The translations under genes were made by a program, and so were the position numbers. This document shows positions 12,367 through 26,000 of a stretch of DNA of 64,000 bases, one piece after another. Position 1 is the first letter of the stretch. Every line of letters begins with the position of its first letter. This DNA is from Raillietiella orientalis (lineage: Eukaryota), in the NCBI GenBank assembly GCA_036172245.1, contig JAYWIR010000029.1, forward strand, positions 2,542,001 through 2,606,000, given 5' to 3'. The notes beneath the pieces are model-generated. The model did no database searches. It saw nothing but the letters and a program-made list of their open reading frames with translations, and was not told the DNA's origin.

Positions 12367-14158
12367 ATGATGAGTGATTTGTTCTGTGATTACTTCAACA
12401 TAACAAAGTGTCAACCTGGTGTCAATGAACAAGGTTGTAAGGGAAAAGTAAAGTGTCCCAGAGTTGAATTGGACAAGCGCAATCATTGTTATGCTTTGTG
12501 GAATTCCTTGAAACCTGATCAGCATATTGTTCAGTTTAAAGTACATATTTTCTCTCTTGTTTCCAAATGGGTTATTATTTTAATTTTGGTTATGCTTGTC
12601 AAAAAACTGAACCAGTTTATTTCATTCTTAAGATTAAGATTTCAGTTGACAGGGAAAAATGGAAAATAGGGATTGAGTGTGAACAGATGGAAAGAACAAA
12701 ATACTATTATGTTTCTACTATAGCCCTATTTTTCAAAGGGATGCTGGTTCGATGACCGCACTTGTTATGGAAGGCTTCAGTGTGTAGCAGAACAACGTGG
12801 AAAGCACAATTTTTTCTTCTGTTGCTGTGATGGTAATTTGTGCAATAGAAATTTCTCCTATGTTGGTCCAGTAACATCTGTACCTCTATCTCGTAAGCAT
12901 ATTCCTCAGACAAGATGTCGTTATTAAAATAAATCATCAGCTCCTCTCTTAGTGTCTGAATACACAGATTGGGTAGCCTTTCAGAGAAAGCCACTAGCCA
13001 TCATTATGTATTCTTTATTGCCTTTGGTATTGTTGGTTATCATAGTTGGATCAGCATACTGGTGGTTACGTAATAAAAAATTAAGACAGTTTCACGAATT
13101 GCCTACATCTCCATCTGCCAGTCAAATTCACGAAGCTGAGTTACCTATCCATTTGCTTGAATTAACTGCACATGGCAGCTGTGCTTCTGTTTGGAAAGCC
13201 CAACTCTATGATCGTCTTGTGACGGTGAAAATATTCGAATTTCAGGTAAAATTACTTTAATATCGATTCAATTGGTATGCATTATTTTGGTAGGATATAA
13301 ATTTTTGGAAAAATGAATATGAAGTTTTTACGATCTCCCAACTTCAGCATGCCAACGTGCTTCAGTTTTTGGCTGCTCAACAAAGACCTGGGACACAATT
13401 CTGGCTTGTGACAGAATTCTGTGCCCTAGGTTCCATCTATGATTACCTCAAGGTTTGAAATTTTTTATACCTCATGTTCTTGACAAGTCTTACAGGGCCA
13501 TACTCTAAGTTACTGCCGTCTTATGCACATGGCATATGCTTTGAGTTCTGGTTTGGCGTATCTGCATCAGGAAATTCTTCCCAAACCTTCTATTGCTCAT
13601 CGAGACATTAAGTCAAGCAATATCCTTCTACGATACGATTTAACACCTTGCATAGGAGACTTTGGCTTGTCTCTTGTGTTTCATTCTGGTCAAAGTATTG
13701 GTGAAACACATGGTCAAGTTGGCACACGACGCTATATGGCTCCAGAAGTTCTGGAAGGTGCTATCCAGTTCAGCTGTGAATCATTTTTGCGGATTGATGT
13801 GTATGCATTTGCTTTGGTACTGTGGGAGCTAGTGAGCCGGTGCTCAGATGTTCTTGGAGAAGATCCCAAGCAGTACTTCTTGCCTTATGAATTGGAAATA
13901 GGCAGCAATCCCACTCTAGAAGATATGCAGGAATTAGTGGTTCAGCGTCGTTATCGCCCTATTTTTCAGAATTCGTGGATGCAGCATCCTGTAAGAATTG
14001 TTTTTTGTTACACCTTGTGTGATCATGTTTTGAAGGGTCTGGCTGTATTTTGTGAGACAATTGCCGATTGCTGGGATCAAGATGCAGAGGCTCGACTCAC
14101 AAGTTCCTGTGTACAGGAGCGTCTAAAAGAGCTTCTGCAGGATTGTAGCAATTCCTAG
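12367..14158 (+). CDS. ACVR2: Activin/TGF-beta type II receptor Ser/Thr kinase (punt/ACVR2-like); 5' end unresolved
   Basis: Exons 12367-12540, 12739-12892, 12941-13245, 13294-13452, 13496-13990 and 14036-14158 join in frame across GT-AG introns. Ectodomain has HCYALW, KGCW and the CCCDGNLCN Cys box. One TM helix (AIIMYSLLPLVLLVIIVGSAYWWL) and no GS box. Kinase motifs: VWKAQL, HRDIKSSN, IGDFGL, GQVGTRRYMAPEVLEGAI, FLRIDVYA, CWDQDAEARLT. Confidence 0.93.
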
Positions 14159-14620
14159 ACACAGCGTAGTTTTCTGTACCTGCATCTTGTAATCCAGGAC
14201 CAATAAGTCAGTCTCACCTACCTCAATCCTCAGGGCAATACAGGAAGTAACGAAGTACCTATGGGATCCCTGTGCCATAGTCATGAACTTTAGATGACAT
14301 ACAGAGATCCTCGCGTTTCATACTTCAAGGTGAAATACACGGAATCTCCGGTGTTTTTCTTGTTTGCGTAACAGTGGATACATTTATATAGTGTTTGTGA
14401 TATCTTAATTACCAGTGCACAATTGGGATGTGCACCCTTCAATTTATACCGTATTGAGATGAAATACGTTTGATACGGGTCTGAGGTGTATTATGACATA
14501 TTTATTTGCAAAGAATTCTATTTAACTTGTCTTTATTATTCCGTTTATTATAACTGAGCATAGTTCATTATATTTTCATATACACTGATGTCTTTGATGA
14601 TTGTTTTTTATCCTTGTGCT

Positions 14621-14626
14621 AATAAA
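14621..14626 (+). promoter_or_regulatory. Candidate polyadenylation signal of the type II receptor gene
   Basis: AATAAA about 460 nt after the stop codon, followed by a T-rich tract. Confidence 0.45.
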
Positions 14627-15974
14627 AATAATGCATGTCATCATTTTGAATTTTTTTTTCCTGGGAATCGTCAACAAATCATCAGACGTTAAAGTCGAAA
14701 CTTTAATTTGGTATGAGTAGGTATTTAGAGAATTTAAATGCGGTCACTTTATTTTATTTATTTATTTATTTTTACAATCCATGCATCCAATTATAGTGAA
14801 CTGTTTGAAAGTTGTTCAAGCTATTTTATCACAAGGAAGCAGGAGCAGTCTTTGTGAAGTTGCAAGCAGAAGTGAAAATTTGTGCTCACCTATAATAAGA
14901 TATTTTTATAAATTAATCAGAGTGATAGTTTTGAGTTTCTTCTAGGTTGCATCAGTAATAATAAGTTCAGTACATTCCAAAGGGGGAAAATACTTGAGCA
15001 GGAAAAAGAAAGATAATGCCAAGGCAAATATATAGAAGTTCTTAAAAATTCGCAGTGGATACCAAGCGCCAAAACCTCATAGGAATAGAAAAACAGTGCT
15101 ATTTGATTGCAAATTAAAGAGAGCGAAGTTTTTTTTCTTTTTTAAGATTTCAACAGACATCAGTAGAAAGCTGGAAACATGCGATCTGCATGATACTGGA
15201 AGAGGCTGAATAAGTAGTAACAAACAAAACACCATTTTCGTCAAATAGTAATCAGGTCATCAGGTACCCGAAAGTGTACAAAGAAACCACGTTCCAAACT
15301 GCAAGATCGTGAAATGCCCAGAAGGCACTGCTCCAACAGACCGTAGTACGATGGAGGTGCACGACTCAACCTTTCCACCTGATGAGACTTATCTGAGCAA
15401 GTGCGATCGAATATAATAAACACAAATAAATTTGTGTATGGAGATGCAAAACAGATACGTATGCACGACTTCGTAAACTTCCGACCAATTTGTGGTGTTG
15501 CGAATCTCTGCCTGCATGCTTCATTAACATGAATACGTAGTGCTTTGAGCCCTGCTTCCGTTGTTTGTTTGTTTTTTGAGAACTTTTCCCATTACAGGAG
15601 ACAGCCCAGCCAATCCTTCCAATAAATGTCCCGGGAACGCTGTTTGCTTGAGCACATCGTGTCTTGATGTATTCCTCCCGTTTCCTGGGAAGTTTCAGTT
15701 CTCTGAGTGTTTCATCATCGGCTAGAGATTCTACTACTGTCTCTCTTACGGTGGAACACAGGGTGGAAAGACAGTTCTTAGTACTTACTGCTTTTTTTTG
15801 TCTTGTCTTTCCCAACGCTGCCGATGAGTAGTTTTCTTTCCCTTCGAGCACCATATCTGTCTTTGCATTGAATTTGTTCCTGGAATGGTCTGAATGGGAA
15901 TTGGTCATTATCAGTTTCCATTGTTCCAATACACGTTTCTTGATATAGATCACTAATTCTTCATGCCTTTCCCT

Positions 15975-16042
15975 AATCATGCTCTGGTTGTATACCCAAT
16001 GATTGAGGATTCAATCGTTGGGTATACAACCAGAGCATGATT
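15975..16042. repeat. Near-perfect inverted repeat (32-bp arms, 4-nt loop)
   Basis: AATCATGCTCTGGTTGTATACCCAATGATTGA-GGAT-TCAATCGTTGGGTATACAACCAGAGCATGATT, with a single T:G mismatch. Confidence 0.9.
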
Positions 16043-19000
16043 CAGATACCTGTGGATATCATGATACCTATGGATTCCTCCCATCTTCCACACCTTGTGC
16101 ATAGATGATGTGCGTCAATCCAAGCGGGTGATGTCCTCACTTGCAGGAGATTAAGTTGCTCTGCATGATGAATCTGTAGTCTTAGAACCGGAGGGTGTTC
16201 AGGTTTGTACCTACAATGAACTGAAGCCGATATTGTCCAACCTGGAATATGATCTCCCCTTGATCAGGGATTCTTTCATTAAGGTATGTCCGTTCTGCCT
16301 TGCGTTGAATCGTTTGTACACCTGAGATGATTTACTTCCTCGTGTGCTCATCGACCGTAGAGTCGTCGCTAAATGGGAAAGTTATGACAACCATTCAGGG
16401 TTTCAATGATTCCACTCTATCTAGAATTGCAAACAAAACAGTTCTCAACAAACTGAATCTCTCGTCTTCCTAAAACTTAGTAAAAAGTATTCTGAAACTG
16501 GATTCTAACTTGGATTCCAAACCTTAATAAAAGAGTTTATTTACCTCTAAGTAAGTTTGCATGAACTCTCCTTTTGCCTTTTGTTTACAAATTTTGAACG
16601 TAATCATCTGATGAGGAAGCAATCCCAGTCCTGTTATAAGAGGGTTCCATAAAAATAGTAGTTAGCTTGCTGCTTTCTTCACAGACTTTAGCAAGTTCAT
16701 TATAATTTTTAAATCGACAATATATGAATGTGTAAACGCTGCTAATATTTGTTAAGCCAGATTTTTGAATCTTCAGTCTTCGTAATTGGACTAATTCTGT
16801 CTTGAATGCTGTCTTTCTCAAGATCTCCAATTCTTTACATTTCATGTGGAAATTTATTTAAGAAGGTTGCAACCTTCGTTCAGGCAAGTTTCAACGGGTA
16901 TGGTGGTGTGATGGAATTACGAATCCCTGTCTACGAACACTATTTCCTTGATGTTTGGTGATCTTGTAGTCTGGAAGATGGTTTGTATTTCGAGTACTTG
17001 ATGACAATTTTTTGACGAGCACACTGTCCAACATGCTATCCATTTATCAATACTTACTCAGTCCCGATTTGTAACCCCGGATAAAAGCATTCCGTATCTT
17101 TCCTTCCCTAGTCAATCCCTCATTTATTCTTTGCAACACCACAACCCACATAGCTATGAAATTGCATGCCATGTGTTCACTCCTTTGTAGGAGTAAAATG
17201 ATGAAACCCCCAGTCATCTCAACCAACAGTTAATTAGTCAAGACAAACCGGCAGTTCCATTTGATCAGTGCTTGGAATTCACTACATCCACGCAACTCCA
17301 ACGACTTCATTAGAATCATGCTCAGATAGTTTTTAGTTAAATAATAAATGCAACTTTCAAGTTCACATTACGAGTATAAATACAAATTCTAGAATCTAAG
17401 TTTTAGTTCATGCCTATAAATTCAGTATTTTTTCTAATAGCACCCTTCAGAATGTTCAACTCAAGCAAAGAATCTGTAGACCTAATTTTCCTCCGGTCTT
17501 CACCTTTTCCCTTGGGCTACCTTGCCACGTCTCAAAGTGCTGTTCTGGTAAGATCCAGAACTCAGTTATAGTTCTCAATGTGTTTTTTCAGACAGTAAAA
17601 GATCACCACTAGCAGTGGTAGTTAAGTTTTGATTAGGTTTGCATTCTTCATTCCCTCTGTTTTGGAATGTTAGTTCAACACTTCATCGCTCGTAATATAT
17701 AGTTTGCAACTATCTATGAAGATAAAACCTAGTCTGAAGTGAGGATCACTCAGAATTTCCTCAACTGCTGCGTTTAGTGAGAACACACCTTGATCTCTTT
17801 TTCTGCTGTAAGCAAGCTTCCGCATCATTTCTTCCTATACGAAAGAATTCTAGTTCACCTAAATAGAATCATGAGGATAACAGTCCAGTAGAATCATGAA
17901 AGTTCCACTTGAATGTTTAGTACGTTTTTTTGTCCCTCATTACTTTTGGGGAGTATCTCCCCTTATATAGAATAAAAGGGCTGCATTACGTGATGCTCGA
18001 ATCATCAGTGAAATAATTCTTATTCTTCAGACTTCAATCCGAACTCATTGGCAGGAAGTTCCTTCCTCAGAGATATGACCTTGCCTAAGAGATCCTTAGT
18101 TTGGTCTTTGAATTTCACCTCGCTCAATGAAGCTTATGATAATAAGCTGATCCGTTTTGGGAATCAGCAATGAATTGGAATGTGAAAGCCGTTCTTTAGA
18201 TATTCTTCCTTTCCTTCTTTTCAGCAATGAGTTTTTGATGAGCGCTTCGCAGGATAGGACACATGGTCTGCAACTGCGTTACCCATCTACCTTGCTGGAG
18301 CTTTATTCTCAAAGTCACAGACTCGTTTCCGTATACACATTTTCTCGTGGAACTGCATTTCTGTTTTTGCACTCTCATTCACTGATTCAAGTCAGTTTTT
18401 TTTATCTGTCGCTGAAAGATGTTACAGTGCCATTTCCCGTGCTGTCGGCGAACCGGAAACTTCTCCATTTCCATCCTCTTCTACCGTAAACCTTCGAGCT
18501 GAAGCTGCTAGTTAAAGAGCAGAATCCTTCTGTGCCGTTTTTCCATCATTCCAGCCTATCAGTATTTTCTTTGAAGGTTTTTCAAGCAAAAGCATTTTTG
18601 TGAGTTGGTGAATACCACAGAAGAAAACGCGCACGAATTCGGAAGCTCAAGGCAAGCGTGCAAGCGGGTTTTGTCACCAGAATGGTACTGCAAAGCTTCA
18701 GCCTTCTTTGACGAGGGTTTCATATACTCCGAAGAATGGTCTGGCTGTCAAGAAAAAGCACAGAGAAAAGCATAGAGAAATGCAGAGAACAGCAACCGCA
18801 AAAACAAAGGAGTTTTCGAGTGCGTGGTACCCACCCATGAGGAACCGTTGTTGAATTTAGACTAATCCTTGAAGTGAATGGTTGCGATTCTCCAAGTCGT
18901 CCCTCATCCTTAAATTTAGAATTTCCAGATTCTTGCATCCATGCGGCGCATCTCAGAATAGTGATCTTCCCACCGCTTCATGCGTGGTTTCCAAGACTTC

Positions 19001-19499
19001 GCTTTCAATTTAAACGATTGCTCTGGAAATTCTGCAGTTCATATGAAAGCCGACTGAAGCGGGACGTATCCAAATCGAACAGTAGACAATCATCTACGGA
19101 ATGGGAGCTAGACATAAAAGAAGCGGCCGGCAAATTCCATAGACGTGCTCTTTACTGTTAACGATTTGGAACCCGCCAATCACGCCAGGGCGTTTATTTA
19201 GAAATAAACAAATTTCAGGTCAGTTACGAAAAAAAAGTTCATCGGGGTTGACTACCAGCTCGCACGCCGGCTTACAAGGGAATCGGGAGCGGGAAGAGGG
19301 GACAGCACATAGTGTGGAAAAAAAGGCGATCTTTGGAGTCAAACACTCCTTCCTTTCTAGAGTGACGTTGAATGATGGCGGTATCCCTGGAAACTTCTTG
19401 CAGACGAGGCCACCTCGTAGTCGCCCTCATTGAGGCGGCTGCCATTCGGATGGCCTCTCTTCGATGCGAACGAGACTCCATCGCACGGAGCGGACTGCG

Positions 19500-20045
19500 A
19501 ACGATGGCGTGGATGCAGTATCTTGTTACCATCACGGCGCCTGCCTTCAGACTCACCTTGCGTGAAGAACTTCCGCAGAGGGTCCAAAGCGGTGTCCTCC
19601 GAGTGAAGGAATACCGGAGCGAGTCTCCGCCACCTGTCCTCGGGGGCACTGCAGTCCAGTTTGAGACGCGGGAACGATTCCATCGCTCCACATCTCAAAC
19701 GGTTCGGGATATAATCCCCCCCCCCTTCCCTCCGGGAACAAGGTGCCTGCGATGATGGCGCCGGAATCTCCAGCTCAGAGACAGCAGGAACATCCCGTTT
19801 GGCAACGGAGCAGGAACATGGAGGTGTGTGTCCGCGCACAGGGAAGGGATTACGAGTTCTTCGGGGGGGGGGGGGGGCACATTGAGCAAGTCACTCCACC
19901 GAAAGCATCCTTTCGCCCCGGAACGAGGAGCGGCGGCGTTCGCTCGTCTTGCAACTGTCAAGGAGTTTCTCGACTCCTGCAATTCTGCGGGATCAATTCC
20001 CGGTTTGCCGGTCAGCTGCTGTCATTGCTTGCCCTGAGGGCAGAC
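19500..20045 (+). mobile_element. Decayed Ty3/Gypsy LTR-retrotransposon pol fragment (RT N-terminus and RT-RNase H connection)
   Basis: LREELPQRVQSGVLRVKEY..PPPVL resembles the Gypsy RT start. AFARLATVKEFL / TPAIL / PGLPV / ACPEG, read across frameshifts, resembles 'AF..+K..L...P+L....P.LP+....DASPYG'. Motif recall only. Confidence 0.4.
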
Positions 20046-23000
20046 AATACTGGGGCAAAAGGCGAGACAGCTATCCAATGTGCTTTGTAGCACGAATCTA
20101 AGATTCAGCTTTAGTTCAAGATTTAGTATTCAATGTAGTGATTACTGTACTGCTTACGATGCTGCTTCTTGTGCTAGAATGGTTGCTGTTCGTATCGCAC
20201 GACCTTTCAGGTAGCAGCAGCCTTTCAGGGGATGAGCATCAGCAAGCAAGGTGTGCTCTTGGATGCTTTAGCAAACGGCCTAATGTTACTGCGACGCAAA
20301 GCGAGTTTTCCTACTAAGCCATGGATATGAATACTCCAAGAAATCTGCGACGAAAAAGCCAGAACAATGGAAAGAAGCCGCTGAAAGCCGAAGGGCACCT
20401 TGGACCCGTAGGCGGAAAGAACTGGTTAAGGAGGAACTCTTTTCAAAGCAAGCATAGACCCATAAGGTGATTGTAATTACTCAGAACCGTGTTGTTTATT
20501 TATGTATTTATTTCAAAAAAGCTGGACGTACAGAAGTCTCGAGGCATCATCATCAAATTATGCTCTCCTTTTCTGCAGTTCCCTGAAAATTGCAGCTTAC
20601 GTAACACATGACTCATACCAATGAACACGTGAACGTGAGAAATAAGCCTTCTTGGACTACGGAGAACTCGAGATTCGAACACCCCTCTACACATCACAGT
20701 GTTGCTTGAGTCTGGTGCTGATGCAAACGCTGAGCACCACTCGTAGTAGACCTCTCTATTCCTTCCGTTCAAAACACGAGGAGCGTAGTCCTGAGAGAGC
20801 GCCTTTCTACTGGAGCAGCTCAGCGATCCCACGGAATCCGGAACCTCCTGGAGTCGTCTTTCGGTCAAACCTGGTCTTCCTGGACGGTCGAATCGAGTCA
20901 GACCCACCTCGAATTTCATTTCCTGTCATTTTCTGCGACTTCCCTGGAAACCATGTCTTTCAGGCGAAGGAAGAGCAAGAAGCAAGGGGACCGGCGTTGC
21001 CGTGTCACGTCCGCTCCCGCGCGTCCGACTCCGATTCTGCCAGGGCTGGGGATGCCCTTACTCCTGAAGTTCCGACTGCTCCCCCTCCACCACTCATACC
21101 AGCTCTTGAAGCAGGGTAACGTGGCCTGTCTGACCCGCTCGCTTGGAAAACCTGGACACTGTCCAACAGCTCAAGTTCAAGTTCGTTGTCTCTCGTGCGT
21201 GAACGAGTGAAATATTCGGAGCTCTGGAGTCTTTTCCTCACCCCATCCCTCTCTCTGGAGCTAGGCAACACCAAGCATAGCAGGAGATGCGCTTTAGTAG
21301 GTGAGCCACGTGCTTCAAGCAACCAACGCATTATTCTCCAAATACTCTGTAATCGAAGCAAAGATGGAGCGAACGCTCTTTCCCCTCCCCGACAATTAGA
21401 TGACGGCAATTCCTCTTTCCTTGTCCACTCGACCTCACACACCTCGATCTTATCCCCCTGGTATCTGTTTCTGTCGCTGGAATCGCCCGCCCTTTTCGCA
21501 CTTTACGACTCTTGGGGAGCTTGCGATCGACGCGATTACTTGGATGCCGAAATTGTGATCGTGTGGATCGTTTCCGCAAGCAGCAAGCAAGAAATCTTCG
21601 TGGACAGCGGAGCAGGTGGCGACAGCCCGAAGGAATGCGGGATGGAACCAATGAACCCGGAACTTGTTTTTTGTTTTCTTCCTTATACTCCCATGTGGGA
21701 ACGCGCTGCAGAAATGAAAATTGCACGAGGAAGACCGAGAGCTACCAAGCACAGATTTCAGCAGATACCGGGAGGACGGATCCAGCGGCAAAGTCTAAAG
21801 GAAGCCGCACCTAGAAACGCTAGCAAAATTAGCAGAGGGAGCCTTCCCATCTGAACATGAAGAAAAGACCTTGAATACTGTAGAAGTACCTCAGCAAATC
21901 TCTTGGCTCAGGAGCGACTGAGGAACTCGAAGATCCGAAGCATCCACCGCGCTCTAGCTTGTGCATGTTTGTGTTATTTTCCGAAACCATCTGGTTACTT
22001 CAGGAGTTTTCACAACAGGAGCATTGAAGTTTCCAATGTTCCGAGATAGTCACATGACTGCGCCCCTGGGAGGGTAGCCGTGAAGGTATAGCTGCTCTGA
22101 AATAGTACACAAAAACTCGGCCCCAGGCTTCCAAATGCCGTGCGCATCTCTTCTGTGGTTTGAATGAGCGCGAGTGCACGCGTGAGTGCTTTCAGAGAAA
22201 CTGCTGGGCTTTCCGAGGTTGGCGTCCACCTTGTTGTGGGAAAGAAGTGCAGTGGGAATCATGTGAGTTGATGTACTGAGTCGGCCGCGACACATCAATC
22301 ACCGCGGTAACCAACCCGACAAACTGAGAGTTTTCGAAGGACTCTCGGAATCATCCAAGATGATGTATGACGCCTCCGCGGATGCGCCGAGGCAGTACAT
22401 CCTGCCTCAGCGCCGCCTATGGAGAGGGATCCAAGAACGAGAATCAGTCCCGGAAACAAGAAACCTGACCGTACCAAACGTATGGTCAACCAGCATGTCT
22501 TCTTCCGCTGGAGGGCATTCCACTACCACCAGTCTCAGCAGCAGCAAACTCTTCGTATGTAGCTAGTGGTGGTTGACTTCGATTCCACTTCCCTGTTGTG
22601 CCCTTCTTATGTTTTCGCCGTGTGTTCCGTTTCCATAATTTCGGTCTATTTCGAACTATCATCGAAGAAATCGAATGGATGGGAATTTTCGCACGTTCGG
22701 GATAGAAAGAGATCCTGTTGAAATTGCAGTGTGGAACCGAAGCGGGGCTTATTGCAGCAGATCGATTCTCGAATCGATCTGCTTCATTCAACGCATGCCA
22801 TTTAGAGGGCACATCGTCATCCCATAGTGCCCCATTTTCAGTTGGAAAGTTACTTTCGGAAGGCTTGATTGCCGGACTATGTGGGGAGATGACCTCTAGT
22901 GAAGAAGGTAAATATCAATTAACCAGTCATTGCTCACGCTACGCAGTTCGTTTTTTTGCTACGGAAGAATCTGTGAAGTGGCAAATTGTCTTGACCGCGT

Positions 23001-26000
23001 AGAAATGCTTCAAGTCGCGCTGTATGCGTCTTTTCTTCTCCTTTTTTCACGAGAGAGCTGCATCGTAAGTGTTTTCAACATGCTAATTGTAAAATGCCCT
23101 GCGCATCTCATTTTTGTTTAAGTGTGCTCGACAAACAACATATGGCATTTTTTTTTTTTTTTTGTGCAGGATTCGCTTGTCGTGACAAAACATCCGAACT
23201 CGCTTGACCATACTGGGCAGTTTCCACGTGACACCTGACCCCAAGTTGGTGCTTCATTCATGTGTATGAAATAGCATTGATACCATGATGAACGTGTATA
23301 ACCGGCGTATTGTTATGGTGGACGCAGAATCTCAAAAGGTCCACTTAACTGTGAATACCTGAACTGCCATGCAATCCAAAACATTTCTATAACAGGAACA
23401 TCGGAAGCGATTCGCGTTACCACGGAATGCATTCGCGTGGTAGCAGCTCTGGCTTACATCTCGCTCACAAGTTCGTAATCTGAGCACATTGCAATGTTAG
23501 GCGAACGTTTTGAAAATAAGAAGAAAAAAAAATTCAAGATGAAAGACCCGAGTAACGCCGGAGAACTTTTTGCGTGCAGTGGACCTTCGAAAACACGATT
23601 TCTTCCGGCTTTCGATTCAGAGCTCGAAACGAGTCTCCTGGCATCCCCGACTGCCAGGATTGCCACGCGACCCTTTGCATAATTCTATTTTTGGTGTCTG
23701 CTCTAAATGAGATGCTTTCGGAGCCACAGGTGTTGATACGCCTGGTAACGCAACTGCTGAGGGGGCGGAAGAGGAAGGACAAAATGGCGTTCGGGAAAGC
23801 ATTGTTGGGAAAATGACGCAAGCTCTGCGGCTCTGCCGGCAGCGTGTGCACGGCTTGCCAAACCGTCGTCTAGCAACCGCATGTTGTCTTCCTACGTACA
23901 TGCTGAAGAAAGGCGGTGTAATAGATACAAGCCTGAGAAGAACGTGCCGAAACTTCAAGCGGGTTCAGGAAGCTGACAGCTATGAGGACGTGACAGGATG
24001 GGTGATTTGGGGTGTTCAGCATTTCATTTCTGGTGTTCTTACATATTCTTTTACATATATATATGTAAAAAAAGTAAGAAAGAAAAGATGTCAACCTATA
24101 TGTATGTTGGTATCTTCGCGAGAGGATTCGGAAAGAAGAAGAATAGAAAAGAAGAAGCTTCCTTGCCACTACTATGCGCATAGAATTTTTTCGTACCGGC
24201 TTTTTTGGTTAAAAACGCAATATTTGATTCTGGGAGATCGAGGAGCTGTACGCCAAAAGACAAAAACACACACACACACACACAAAAAGGGAGGGGGGGG
24301 GGACGATATGAAAGCTGCGGGGTGAACACCAAATTTGGTTTTGATTGCGTCATTTGGTTTTAATGTTGAGCCCGAATTCCAGAGTTACAAGGGGAAACAA
24401 GTGATCCCTCCTTGGGTAATAGCAAGGACCCTAATGTTTAATCGTGTTTCCGAAGCCTTGATATTGTCATTTAAAAATCGTTACAGATCCCCAGATTTCC
24501 CAGAGACTGAAATTGCTAGATTTCGAACGGACACTCAAAAAGCGGCCACTGGAGACATGTGTGTTGGAGGTTGCCATGCCAATCGTGATGTAATTCTTCC
24601 GCACACGTGGATGCCTCCGTAACGAATTCATCATCCCAATTGAGCGTTGGTTACGCAACGAATACATTTTCAGAGATGAAATCCCATCCGACGTTGCCGG
24701 GGAGAGACGACCCGATTGCATTCACCCTCACGATGCGTTGATGACCTTTCTTTCTTTCCCCCTGCATCCAGTCCTTTCTAAGACTCCAGCCATTTAAGTG
24801 GTCATTTGAATGACATGGTTCGAAGGGTTTCTTGTGGGAGCAAGGGGAGTGTCGTGGTGGGGTTAAATGTTCCTACACCAAAGAAGTGGAAAATACAAAC
24901 AAATCCGAGGAGGACGAACGGAGATTTCCTCCGCAAGGCAGCATTTCGTCTGTCTTACTCCTGCGAGAACGATGCAGCTTCCGCTACTCTTCTGCGTCGG
25001 GTTGGCGGTTTATGATTGATATCGCTCAACCAAAAGAAATTGTTTCGGAGCACAAACAGAACAGTTAAAATGCCTCTACAGAATTTCCCTACAGATATCA
25101 GGCTAAAACGAACTGAAATTCTCCACGACACTGAGGTCTGCCTCGCAACCTTCTCGTATTGCAATTCACTTGCTATGGGAAAGGGCGCTTCCGGGGAAGT
25201 GCAGAAACGGTTTTTTTGGTTCTCATTTCGTAGCAAAAGGGCTGAATGACTGCCATCTCGTGTGGTGATTTCGTTTTTGTTCTTCCTGGAGGTGCAGGAT
25301 GGGCTCTCGTTCTCCTGGCATATTTTCGAAGAGGCTTTGGCGACATCTCGATATGGTGTGCTACAAAAGAACTCCGCTGCAAGAGGAGAAATGGAACGGA
25401 GCTCGATTGCAATTTTAACCTAGAAAGGAGATCATTTTCAGACGAGGAAGCTTCCCGACTACGAATGCTTGGGAAAGAACTGCTCCTGGAAGAGATTTCA
25501 TGCCTGAGAAACCAAACTGAGGCAAACATATAAGAAAATCCTATCGTTTATGCCTCCTCGTCAGGTGAATCAGTCGCCATGCCGCATCAGATCGTTTCAA
25601 TTTTCTTGAGTCTTGGATTTTCCTTTCCTTTTCGTAGGAAGAAGGGTAGCGTAAGAGAGGGATCAAGGGATGAATTGCGTTCCAGATTCTGTCAATAGTT
25701 TGCAGTCCTAGTCAGCCAGACTCATATAGGACGCATCCAAGTACAGGCGGATTCTTCCCTTTGGTGCGGAACATCGCGCCTTTGTCCATGATCTTTTACG
25801 AACCAATTTCTTTCCTTCAGCTACGAACGCATGCAGTGCCTTTTAACGCACATATGGCATGGGATGAAGATCTTTAATGAGAGGAAGCCCCGAAGAGACT
25901 CGAGCAGCCTCTTTCAAGAAACAAATCCCCCTCCCTGCCCTAGAGTATCGATTCTGCTGTACCTTTTTGTGGAGCGCACGTCTCGGGATTTGCACTCTCG

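Noticed and set aside
14159..14292. Possible stop-codon readthrough or extra terminal exon of the receptor
   Set aside because: The TAG-A context is weak, another stop follows 15 codons later, and there is no convincing in-frame splice.
15366..15980. 204-aa minus-strand ORF
   Set aside because: No recognisable motif or splice structure; may be decayed transposon sequence, but it cannot be supported as a gene.
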